In this document: positions 26,623 to 37,580 of the stretch, piece by piece | Layout of the letters: the number at the start of each line of letters is the position of its first letter | Numbering within the stretch: position 1 is the first letter of the stretch | Origin: Lingula anatina | Lineage: Eukaryota; Animalia; Brachiopoda | Assembly: GCA_051362555.1 (NCBI GenBank) | Contig: CM120640.1 | Span: 14,632,001-14,696,000 of the forward strand | Direction: 5' to 3' | Length of the DNA: 64,000 bases | Translations under genes and position numbers: made by a program | Notes under the pieces: model-generated | Told to the model about the DNA's origin: nothing | The model's database searches: none | Seen by the model: only the letters and a program-made list of their open reading frames with translations

Positions 26623-29600
26623 CTCAAACGTAGTATCACTTTAAAAGGTATACCTCATCTTTTCAAGCAATTTTTCTTTACAAACATCAACCGATCAGAT
26701 AACCATATAAAACTGTGCGTAGGTGCTACGGATCTATGGATCGAGTATATAGGGTTCGTGAATTCTGCGAAGTATTAGTGTCGTGATTTGGAAATACAAT
26801 ACGCATCCGGTTTCAAGAGTGCGATTAACATGAAGTATGATAACCATACACGCAGAACACATGTTTTTTTTCTTCTTTTTTATGACAAACACGCACACAT
26901 ATTGAAGATGGTTTCGTGGGACATGTTTTATAAACAGAAATGCCATCGAAGATGAAAATTGTACCAGCTGTACACAAACAGCTCTAGTGCCAATGAAAAT
27001 GAAAGAACGTGATATGTAATTTTTTAATTTTTCCTTTCATCTAAGCTAATTTTAACAGAATATTCTGTTTTAAAAGACATATATAACAACATCTGAAATA
27101 AACACACACGAAAAATGCATGACACCATGCATTCGGCGTTAATCAAGCGAACGGAAAATGATCATAAAACTGTTATTTGTACATCTGCAGTCAGGTGGTC
27201 GATAAGAAGGTGGGAAATTCCATTATTTGTGATTTTTTACAAAGCAGAATCCCACAAATGATCCGTTCGGAGATGACCAACTTGTGTCAGGAATTTCTAA
27301 GAAATCTGGATAACATCAGGTGTTTTTTTTTAGTTGGGGTGGGTATTTTTTATTTATTTCTCTTTTTTTATCCATTTGTAGCAAAACTCTTAAATTAAAT
27401 CACCTCAGCAAGATTTAACGAGGACTTTATGTTAATAAACATTATTTTCATAAACCTTATTCTTTAAATCTTTTTTAATCTTTCGAATTACTAATGACAT
27501 TCTTTCCAACGAAATAATTCGGCTTACACTCCATAGTTACGCTCCATAGTTAATTTTTTTCGTAATTCTAATTAGACTGACCCTCATGTTTTATGCAACA
27601 AAACGCATCACTGGTGCTAGGCCGCCATGCTCACCAACCGCGACACTGTAGACCCTTTCAGAAAATTCTATTAAGAAGCGTGAAATCGATAAAGAATCCT
27701 TCGCCAGTAGGTTCCAGAGGTCACCCATGATGTCATGCCGCGTGTTCCGAGTTCTATCTGGAGATTCTCCGAGGCTTTTAGCAAGATCGAACAGCATTTT
27801 CCAGAGTTCCAACGAAAAGGAAACAACACTCCCCTGAGAATGCATCCAATTAACAAAACCATTAACTCTTGCTTCAGGCCGCGTTAAATTGCGTTCTTTT
27901 ATGAGACGTGATAGTAACGCAGTAAGGTCTGTTAAACCCAAGATAGCAAGATGAATTCAATTTTAGGATAAAATCAATCACGTTGTTTTAATGGGATGCA
28001 CTTGTCAACGGCGAGTAGAATCCTAAACATGTAGGTAATCACTGGATAAGGAGCCGCGCCGCGTCAAGTACGTTCAACCGGTAGATGCATTGTGTTATTT
28101 GGCGCCAACAAAATTCGATACTTTAAATGTAGCCACAGGTTTTTTAGCTTATTCCCTCTGTGTATGTATTTTTTATTTTTATTTTTTTGTAGAATTGGGG
28201 TTAAGTGATCTGTAGTTGAAATCATATTTTAACACGAATAGTGCAAACAAAACTGTATCGGAACTTCAAAGTCGAAAATTTGTCTTCTGTTTTAAAAAAT
28301 GAGTAAAATATCATGTCATTTAATGTGGGTTCAGTTATATAGACGTTTCACCAGTCTCTCATTGAACTCTGAACTCATTTCTTTTCTGAATCAAATTTTT
28401 CGTCTCACCTTTTTCGTACATGTATAACAAAACTGTCAACAAAACACACATCAATTTAAATCTTCAGAATAACAGGATATGGGCAAGGTGACAGCCTAAT
28501 CTTTAGCATCCTGTATCTGACATTTCAAAGGTGAAATACCGCACATGTAAATTATATTAATATTGGAATATCATAAGCATATGATATTACTTAACAAAAG
28601 CGCGTTACACTTGCACATAAATGACCAGTTTACAGTAAAATAACAATAAGGTAAAAGGAATTTGGAATGATAATCAGATTGAATGGACGGAAATAAAAAT
28701 ACATGTAACTTGATGAAAGAAAAAGGTGAACACGTTTTAAAAATCACTCAATATTTCTTTTCAAAAACTTGTGGTGGGCGACTGCTCTCCCCTGCTCCTC
28801 CCCCAGCCCCACCCCTCCCTCCAAATCTGATAAACCTGAAATCTCCCAATTAAACTAAGTCAAGGTAAAGGTATTACTCAAAAATGTGTTTTTGATTGAA
28901 AATGATCACACTGGATGACGTGCAAGCAGGTCCACACTGTACAATTAATAGTTAGAGAAAGAGAAAGTTGCAGAGAATAGTAAAGAAAAACTCCCGGCTA
29001 AAGTTATGTGACATTTCACTACACGAATTCAAGCTTTGAAATTACACATTGCGCGAAGGCATGGATGAGCAACATTGATTGCGAGGGCTATGGCGTCTCT
29101 ATCTCATTCTAACTTCCCACCCAACACATTTGTTCATTCGTTTGCAGCCGCCTGATTCCATACGAAACATGTAAAAGCATAGTGAGATACGGAATCAGCC
29201 GAAGGTGGCCGAGCGACCGTCGTTAGTGCACAGTGGAGCAAAGGGATCCCAATCAGTAAATATCAGTTGTTTCCGTGTCTTCAGCAAATGCCTCGAATGT
29301 ATTTCTTCAACATTGTAACCCCTACGGTAATTCTAGGTCCATGGTGAATCGGAAATTCAATAGAACACAGTTCTTTTCCGTTTCTGATATTGGTTGTCAG
29401 TTCGTAAGGTTTTAACAAGGGCTTTGATTCAGTTCCAAAACTCATGAGATAATCAGTAAATGCTTTCAAAACTCCTAAACTGCATAATTACGAACACAAC
29501 GTAAGTACCCATTTTAAATTTAGGGCTACTTGGGTTAATATGCACGTATGGGTTATTTTCGAATTTAACTCAAAAAGTTCACATGGGAGGCAAAAGGGCT

Positions 29601-29974
29601 TGGTTTCGTCTCATTTCGATTGTTGAATTTTTTTTTTTTTTGAGGGGGGGGGGGCAGTGAGAACTGGTACTTCTGAAATAAAAGAGGGTAGGGGATGGCA
29701 CGTGGCCCATTGTGCCACTTGGACCCACCACTGCCTACATTTCATAGCACAAAACCTTTTGAAAGTTTTTTCTCGTCTATCGACATTCACAACGTTCATC
29801 CTGCATTTAATTTACTTCTTAAATTAAGCTCCCTTTTTTGAGGGAGGGATCGCACAGATGCAGTTATCTTTGATTCTGTAGGAATGTCTGTAAGCAAGAT
29901 AAACAAACAAACAAGCAAACGAACATAAATAAATTATTAATTAATATGAAAAAAAAGAAAAAAAAAAACGTTTT

Positions 29975-30075
29975 ATCAGTGCTCATATTTCTCTCGGTCT
30001 CACCTATGTACTGATATTTTATAGTACCGTAGCACTCTGATCCACATACCAGCAATTACACAACAATTTAGACTA
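29975..30075 (-). mobile_element. Penelope-like element remnant: GIY-YIG endonuclease fragment
   Basis: Minus strand reads IVV*LLVCGSECYGTIKYQYIGETER, matching the Penelope pattern VVYLxxCxxC..QYIGETxR with the Tyr codon mutated to TAA. A gag-cac (EH) follows after a frameshift. Confidence 0.5.
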
Positions 30076-30461
30076 ATTATTATTTGAGGCGGCACGCATG
30101 TGGCCAATATTTTCCAAGAAAAACACGTCAGACAATGATTGTTAAGCTCAGTATCAAAGTCCAATTAGTATTCCACCCACGGATCAGAGAGAAATTTGGA
30201 ATGTCGCCGAATAACTGTTCTCTAGGTTTACTTATTAATCAATTGGTTAGTCTTGATATCAGCTGAAGCCATTTACACAATGTAGTGACTAACCCGTACT
30301 TCGTCTTCTCGTGTAATAAAATAATCGATGACATCAGAATTATACATCGTTGTGATAGTGCTTTATTAAAAAGGAATATACATGTAGAGACATGCTTGTT
30401 ATCAAGTACACTTGATACACTCAATACTTTTTTAAAAATAACTTAATGTACGATTTGTGTA

Positions 30462-30465
<4 letters not shown>

Positions 30466-30507
<42 letters not shown>
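30466..30507. repeat. (CT)n microsatellite
   Basis: Read directly from the sequence. Confidence 0.95.
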
Positions 30508-30508
<1 letters not shown>

Positions 30509-30874
30509 AATATATACAAGCAAAATACATACGCTTGCAAGGACAGTATCACAAAATTGCTTGGACCAATGTCATGATTATTGAATAGTCACAGGTGAAT
30601 TTGTACTGTAAACCGAATTTTTACTACCACAGTAAATAATGAACGGTCCCTAATGTAATTATAAGGTTTATAGTTATGAAAAGTTTATTATGGCCTTTGT
30701 AGTGACTTCGTGCGCACGGACACAATTTTTCCTCTCAGCCATAAATCTCAGCATAGAACAATGAAACCAACCATTTTCTTTAGTTTTCAACTCTGTATCT
30801 GGTCAGATCATGATGTCACGAGTAAAGTTTACTTAAGTTTTTTTTCTGGTCAGAATATGCTGCCACACGTACGT

Positions 30875-31033
30875 TTACTGCACTCGACTCGCGGCTCTTG
30901 CCCGCGTCTTTATCCCATGAACGTTCCACTGGTGTCGGGCTAGCGCGTCAGAGCGAGAGTAACGCTGCATGCAACCAAGCACTGGACAAACACACGTCTT
31001 CTTCTCCTGGGCATTCAGGTGAGTTTTGACATG
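30875..31033 (-). CDS. hkb: huckebein-like C2H2 zinc-finger transcription factor, coding exon 3 (end of ZF3, ZF4, stop)
   Basis: Acceptor ttcttttaattcAG|CAT. HVKTH completes ZF3, then CVCPVLGCMQRYSRSDALARHQWNVH. Phase 0 junction with exon 2. A minus-strand AATAAA lies at 30689-30684. Confidence 0.88.
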   Translation of the reverse strand, partial: HVKTHLNAQEKKTCVCPVLGCMQRYSRSDALARHQWNVHGIKTRARAASRVQ

Positions 31034-31373
31034 CTGAATTAAAAGAAACAGATAATTTAAGGATAATCGGACGACATTCGCCACGGTGAAATAGGTATTT
31101 CATTGTTTCTCGTGTTGCGATGATAAAAAAGTAAATTGTGTTTTCTGTGCAAGGGACATGCCGTTTCGAACTTCCCGCATCAACTGACGCGTCGATGTAA
31201 TGAAACGTTATGCCTCATTAGAAAAATGTTTAAAAAAAATTAATTCTTTATCAATATACTCTGTGCTTGGTAGCATCACCGAAATAATATTCACACCCAA
31301 TGTAAATATTATAAAAGTTTCTTTTTTAAATTTATACTATTGTACATATATCCCCTGGGACAAAGGTTTTAAG

Positions 31374-31548
31374 CCGGTGTGACAGGAATAGTAGTGAGCA
31401 AGCTACAAACAGTCGTCCGCTCTCCATTACCTTGTACAGGTCACATTTGTCTCTAAACTAACCCCAATACTCCGACTAACCCTAACCTGTACTTATCATG
31501 TCGGAGCCCGGACTTCCATTCCTAGGAATATTATTCCTGTAACACCGG
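31374..31548. mobile_element. Small MITE-like element in hkb intron 2 (unclassified)
   Basis: 17-bp inverted ends ccggtgtgacaggaata / tattcctgtaacaccgg (16/17 match), with internal ctaaccc motifs. No clear target duplication. Confidence 0.55.
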
Positions 31549-31908
31549 TGACCAATGTCAGAGGGCTTTTATGATGACTACGTCTCATAAACCGCAGTGA
31601 CTGAACCCCATTTTACGCAGTGCACAGTTTGGTGGCATTGCAGTGGTAATAAAAATGAAAAACATTGTTGACATGAACAGTAAATCGATCCAATAAATAA
31701 TACATAAATCAGAAGTTATAAAAATATCAAAACATTTGCATTTACCAAAGTAAACACACATATTTTTCAACCCATGTGTTGAACAACTGGACACCTTTTG
31801 CCTCAGAATGATTAATAACAATCATATCATTGAAAAGCAAATCAATAAAAAAAAAAGGAATGACAGTAACAACTAAGTATGTGATTTTTTTTCTCTTTGT
31901 TTCCTTAC

Positions 31909-32063
31909 CTTATTCAGATGATCTTTTCTTCCAAAATCTTTTCCACACAGTGGACAGACATGCGGCCTGTGACCCGTGTGGATGCGCCTGTGTCTTGTTA
32001 ATTCTTCGTTCCTTGCAAACGCCCTGGAGCAACCAAAGTGGTCGCATTTGAATGGTCGTTCTC
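31909..32063 (-). CDS. hkb: huckebein-like zinc-finger TF, coding exon 2 (ZF2 and most of ZF3)
   Basis: Acceptor tattattcAG|GA restores the TGERPF linker (phase 1). FKCDHFGCSRAFARNEELTRHRRIHTGHRPHVCPLCGKDFGRKDHLNK, then donor AAG|GTAAGG. RNEELTRH and FGRxDHLxKH are characteristic of Huckebein. Confidence 0.92.
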
Positions 32064-32340
32064 CTGAATAATAGACCATTTACGGTAAGTTAAAAAAAAT
32101 TACAGTTCTTTTAGGTTTTTTTTACGGTTTTTGTTTTTTCGCTGTACTCGTGAAGACTTAGCTGAGAAATAATGTAATTCATTAGATGAGACAAAATCTA
32201 AATTTTTAAAATTTCATCAATTTTTAAAAAATATAAATAAATAGAAAAAGCAAATGAATAAGTAAATTAATAATTGACAGTTGGCTGATCTAAATTTTAT
32301 GTAAATGCAATAACAATAAAAGTTGTAATATTCATATCAC

Positions 32341-33001
32341 CTGTATGTACCCGGAGATGGCCTTTTAACTGCCCCTTATTAGCACATGTCACTTCGCACC
32401 TAGGACACTGATACCGCCTCTGTTCTTTCAAATAACACTGCTCTAGCACAGGCGATTGCCCTGGCCCCGAAACTTTGCCAGTTTCTGTTGCACTTGGACT
32501 CAACTTTATGGAGCTCTTTGAAAAACCAAAACCTCTGAAATTGTCCAGCATGTCTCTGGTGTCAGGTGCAGTCCTGAATAGGGGCACGCCTTGGTACATC
32601 TCCGGCAAAAGTCCCTTTTCAATTACACATCGGTGCGGATCAGTTGTAGGCGGGTTTAAGTAACTGAGCAGTTTCTCTGGTCCTGTTTTTATGTGCAGAG
32701 GTTCATAGACAGACTTGGGCGCTTTCCCCGAATGGACAGACGGTGGAGGCGTGTGAAACGGAGTTGAAGAACCAAGCATCGGGGTTTTCGATATCTTAGG
32801 CCAACATCTGTATCGAGTAGAGGCCACGCTGGTCGCGGGTTCGGGGAGTTTCATGTTGGTTGCCGACCAAGTTATTCGGGAAGTAAAGTCAATCAAGTTC
32901 GTCGATGTGGCACCATTGTTCTGTGAAAAGCCATAAAGACTTGAATACGGCTGAAGAGATCGAAATACATCACGAAATACATCTTTGTGTGTATTACCCA
33001 T
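32341..33001 (-). CDS. hkb: huckebein-like zinc-finger TF, coding exon 1 (Ser/Pro-rich N-terminus and ZF1); spliced product 324 aa
   Basis: ATG at 33001. YQCPRCEVTCANKGQLKGHLRVHTG resembles Hkb ZF1 (NxGQLKGHxRxHTG). Donor CAG|GTGATA. Exons of 661+155+159 = 975 nt keep the frame to the stop. Confidence 0.88.
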
Positions 33002-33033
33002 GAAGCCGAATCCCAACGTCCCTCCTCCGTGTC

Positions 33034-33065
33034 AACTGAGTTTCTTCTCTATTTGTTTATATATA
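33034..33065 (-). promoter_or_regulatory. Core promoter of hkb: TATA box and Initiator
   Basis: Minus strand TATATATAAA (33065-33056) and TCAGTT (33039-33034). TATA starts 28 nt upstream of the Inr A (33037), giving a ~36-nt 5'-UTR. Confidence 0.6.
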
Positions 33066-33561
33066 CTAGTATATTCATACTCTGTATACGTATATATACG
33101 CAAACACGAGGAGGGGTCTCTAGCTATCGTACCAGGAAAGTATATCACGCCCCCATCGAGCGATAAGCAAGGGACTTTTCAATACAGTCCGGGTCACCGA
33201 GATAGAGATACTTGATGGCATTGTTGTACCTTGGTTAAAGTTTAGCCACTGACACACGCCTTTATCAGATAACGCCGAGATCACGGTGCTTGTTTTGAGT
33301 TTAAACATTTATCGAATCGCAACAAATTTCCACGTGTTGTAATGTATATGCGTGAGTACAAGCGCGCACACGTGCATTGATATGCGTGTATGGGTGAAAT
33401 CCAAATCGCACACTGAAAAAATTACGAAAAATGTGAACCTGCTTTGCGGGAGGCGCGTGGTGCGTGTGTTAAGGGGAGTAACTGCCTATGGCAATGGGAT
33501 GCATATTCTGCTATTTTGGCTCAAAGCTGTCTTTTTGAATGTATGAAGTTTTAAAAGGTAA

Positions 33562-33565
<4 letters not shown>

Positions 33566-33621
<56 letters not shown>

Positions 33622-33646
33622 AGAGAGAGAGAGAGAGAGAGAGAGA
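33566..33646. repeat. (GA)n microsatellite about 0.5 kb upstream of hkb
   Basis: Read directly from the sequence. Confidence 0.95.
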
Positions 33647-33969
33647 TTTCAGGTAAATCATTGACAAGAAAATTGGGACAGTTTCATAATTAATCGTCTT
33701 TGGCAGAAAACAATGGGCCGAGAGGGCTCGGACGCTGAATAGAAGTCGAACCCGTCAAGTGGCTAGAGAAGATAAGGGGCTTGAATTTTGGAGTTTGTTA
33801 CCTTGTCATTGTTTCAAATCGCGTGTCTCAGTTACAGTTTGATAACCCGATCTATGCTGAATAGGCAATATTCTGATAAGGGCTATCACGCCTGCTCTTG
33901 AAATATTTGTCCAACTACCGCAGGCCTAGGCGCGTGGCTGAACTTCTGACTTACACAGTGTACTGTATA

Positions 33970-34122
33970 CATAGATATGCATTTCCTACCCTTTACTAGG
34001 GTGGCAGATATTATGGCCAATTTTTTAAAAAGCTAGAGAACCAAATGACTGTCTATCTATCTGTGAATATCTTGTGAAAAATCAATCTGTCGCCCTGGTA
34101 GAGGGATGCATTTTCCGCTATG
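33970..34122. mobile_element. Old palindromic MITE, same family as 49018-49143
   Basis: Inverted arms ccctttactagggtggcagat / atctgtcgccctggtagaggg and outer ends CATAG...CTATG. Internal atctgtgaatatc..gaaaa.tcaa is shared with the second copy. Confidence 0.55.
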
Positions 34123-36143
34123 TGCATTTTACTTACACATTTTATTTTCGAGAACAAGTTTCAAATTTCTTTTACAGCATATTAAGGTTTTTCACATGGA
34201 ATATATAATGATAGAGGCTAAAGTATGATTGTACTCTTTACTAGTAAAAATCAATCTGTTCGTAGTGGGCTCACTGTGATATTGCTTGGAGAAGATGAGT
34301 GTCCGTATTCTCTACCGCAATGACGTGTTTCAACGTTGGCGATCTTTCGTATCAAAGAAATATGAAAGAGCGAGAGCGAAAGAGGATGGTTGGGATAAAT
34401 CTCAATAAACAAAATTTATTCATACTACAATTAAAATACAATACATTTCTTCTTTCAATAAATAAATATTATACAACTATTTCCATATTTTCTATAAAAT
34501 TTTAGTTGCTTCAGCGATGCAATAAACGGTATAATATTGATTATATTCACGTAGCCAAAAGATTATATTCATACCTTAAAACATTACCTTAGAAAAGTAT
34601 TTCCGGCACAGAATCAAACGCCCGTCCCATTAATGAGTTATATAGAATATCTAGATGTACCATCTTTAATTCTTAAACTTTTAATAAGTATGAACAAATT
34701 AAACAAATACTCAATAAAAACTGACAAAATCATTATTCTTTATCATTGACATCTGTCACAATATGATAATCTTTTAAGTACAGCATTGTTAAACAAAATG
34801 TACGAAAATTTGCTAGAAACAATAAATATTATTACAATAAAGATGTGTTAGAAAGTTAATCCATTCAGTGTTAATAAAATTGAGTGTTGTGCACGCTACA
34901 CGTACGCACCGCGTTTCTACTTAGCACACGTTGTAAACTTGGCGATGGGTTTTGACGTCAACAACCAGTGAGAAAAAAAAATTCATTAAAAGATGCTTAA
35001 TGTACATCGGAAAAGAAAATATTAATACTAAAAGTACCCTGTCAATTGTGTCTCGTAAGCTGCTACGTGATATGAGCTTAATTGGGAAACTTTTTACTCT
35101 TTACCAGGTGCACGGAGAGGACTTTATACTGTATATTTTCAGATATTTCTCTGGCTATCCTGTCAAGCGAGAATTTTTCCACAGTAACTACATCATCGCC
35201 TATCTGGTCTCCGGTCGAAAGTAGCATCTTTTTGCCAACCCATAAACATTCATACTTTACGTGAAGAATTGTGAACCGATAAGGAGTGCCGGTTCGCAAA
35301 TCTGAAAATTTTTGACGAAAGACTTTCTTGAGAACCAATTCGCTTTCATCAAATCCGATTATCTTCTTAATTCTTTCTTTTTAACCTAGGACTGTTACCG
35401 GTAATGAGCGAAAAAGCCCTTCAGCCAAAAGATCTTTGCGTGTTTCTTGACCTGCAGGATTTCACGCAGATCAACAAGGGTTAACAACTAGGATATTTAT
35501 CGTGAAATAACAACATTTTCTCATCAAATGCAGCTATAATTGCATTTGCCCTAAAGACGTCAGTATATAATTGCTTGAAAACCTTTTTCTCGAACTGCGA
35601 GATCGGATGTATTTTGTGTTCTTCCGAGAAGCGTATAGGATGTAACACATTCGACAACACAGCTAATTGCCGCATTAGCTAGACGTTAGTCATTTATCAT
35701 CATCTATGAGATATCCCTTTCCTGAAGATACCTCATAATGATCAAAGACATAAGACTATCTTCATTTGAGAAATTGTAATATATATCTCAATGAATAACC
35801 GCAAGCAGAGATGAAAGGTGAATCTCAGAAATAAAATATATGATACGTACAACAGTGCAGCTCTATTAGGCAATAAGATAAGGCAACTCACATGAGAAAA
35901 AATGGGGTGTATATATGATTTAAAAACTCAGTCGTCTTTTAGCGACTGAGCTACATTGTTCCGTAAGGAAACATTGCTGTAATGCAACATTTTGTCAATG
36001 TGTTTGACCATATTTGAATATACTATATACACTATATATATACTTGATTCCCCATTTTGGCGCTTCCCCCTTCAAATATTTTTCTTTTCTTAATTTCTAT
36101 CTATCTTTCTCTTTTTTCGTAGAAATTGCTAATGCTTTTCTGA

Positions 36144-37580
36144 TTAAACAGCGACATCATCCTCTACACCCCTCGGATGTTCGACAAATATACTATCATC
36201 AGGAGATACATCTCTCGAGTCGACCCGTTTGTATGGGCGGAGTTCAAAGTCTGATCCATGCGTTCCGTTCCCGTGATTTTTACACGAATTCCCTTTCAGA
36301 CTTTTTCTGTTGTAACTCAGAAGCTGTTGAAGCACTACACTATCCACGTCCTCCAGCGGCGTGTCCTTTCTGGAGCTTTTGGTGGAGTTAGACCGGATTG
36401 TCTCGCTTGATTTTGGCCTCAGGACAGTGACATCGGCCCCCCGTGAAGATTCTTTCGTTGTCAAGCCGTCGGCGTCCATACCAGGACACACTCGAGGGGC
36501 AGTGGGAAAACAGCACGAAAAAATAGATTTGATCTCCCTTCTAAAATTATCATTCAGCCAGCAATATATGAACGGGTTGTAACACATGCTGCTTATTGCT
36601 ATCCAGTGGCAAACGTAAAAAGCGATGCTGTTGTAACGGAATAGTTCGTTGTCTGGGTGAAAGTCGGTCAGAATGTGGTAGAGATTCAATGGCATCCAAC
36701 ACATTGCGAACACAACCACAACTGTGATCAACATTTTAATTGTCTTACGTTTAGCTTTGTCTTGATGAGTCCTTTGCTCATGGGTGCAATGTCCAAGGGC
36801 CGACCTGGACCAGAGCCTTAAGCCAATTCTAACGTACGCTATGGTAATTATACCTAAGGGAATTATATACTGCAGCAATATCGTCGCCAATGTAAGCCTC
36901 TGCTCAAAAAGATCGCTGGGTTCTGGATACCTCGAGCGGCAACGTCGCTTGGTGCGAACGATGACATGGACGTCCTCCACACGGGAATATATGGCAAACG
37001 GCATAGAGAGTCCGATAGCCAAGACCCAAATGAAAGCCACAATAAGGGCGCCAACAGGTAATGAAATCCGTGGACGAAGCGGGTACATGATCACTTGATG
37101 GCGGTCCAGCGCAATGACCATCAGTGTGAACGTGGACACGTAGACGGATGACATCAATATAAAGTTGAGCAAGTGACACATGAAGGAACCAAACGGCCAC
37201 TCCTCCAACACAAGGCGCACCAGCATCAGCGGGATGTTAAGAGCGGTGACTAGTATGCAAGAGAAAGCCAAGTTAACAATGAACATGTTAGTGACTGTGT
37301 GCATCCTCCGGTTTCGAATCACTACGTGGCAAACCATTGTGTTGCCAAAGAGAGAAACAAGCACCAAAACAGAGTAGGCAGCAACCAGAAGAACGTTCTG
37401 TGCCGCATTTTTATTTGACATTAACCCAAAATCAGTAAAGTCACCGCCGTTGCTCCCATTGTGGGAGGAGTTGTTATAGCTATCGAGCCTTTTTAATAAT
37501 TCATGAATCGACGGGTTTTTGCCGGCACTGTTGTTCGCAAATTCTGAGATCTTCTTTATTAAAGAAGACATAACTGACAT
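36144..37580 (-). CDS. GPR83: Rhodopsin-class GPCR, GPR83-like (luqin/RYamide-receptor-related clade), ~478 aa, single coding exon
   Basis: 7 TM segments. VSLFGNTMVCHVV and ALDRHQVIMYPLRPRIS closely resemble vertebrate GPR83 (SLFGNVLVCHVI; DRHQVIMHPLKPRIS). Also KRKTIKML, CWMPLNLY, HWIAISSMCYNPFIYCWLNDNFR. The ORF track start (37604) is TTG; the first ATG is 37580 (alternative 37571). A probable upstream acceptor ttattctAG lies at 37688-37687. Confidence 0.88.
   Translation of the reverse strand: MSVMSSLIKKISEFANNSAGKNPSIHELLKRLDSYNNSSHNGSNGGDFTDFGLMSNKNAAQNVLLVAAYSVLVLVSLFGNTMVCHVVIRNRRMHTVTNMFIVNLAFSCILVTALNIPLMLVRLVLEEWPFGSFMCHLLNFILMSSVYVSTFTLMVIALDRHQVIMYPLRPRISLPVGALIVAFIWVLAIGLSMPFAIYSRVEDVHVIVRTKRRCRSRYPEPSDLFEQRLTLATILLQYIIPLGIITIAYVRIGLRLWSRSALGHCTHEQRTHQDKAKRKTIKMLITVVVVFAMCWMPLNLYHILTDFHPDNELFRYNSIAFYVCHWIAISSMCYNPFIYCWLNDNFRREIKSIFSCCFPTAPRVCPGMDADGLTTKESSRGADVTVLRPKSSETIRSNSTKSSRKDTPLEDVDSVVLQQLLSYNRKSLKGNSCKNHGNGTHGSDFELRPYKRVDSRDVSPDDSIFVEHPRGVEDDVAV

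Noticed and set aside
27591-27941. 116-aa minus-strand ORF with protein-like composition
   Set aside because: TTG start, no recognisable motif, and no convincing splice partners. Left unannotated pending a BLASTX or RNA-seq check.
32297-32340. ORF-track tail DMNITTFIVIAFT, and VRKQREKKSHT at 31873-31908
   Set aside because: Read-through into introns; canonical GT donors precede both.
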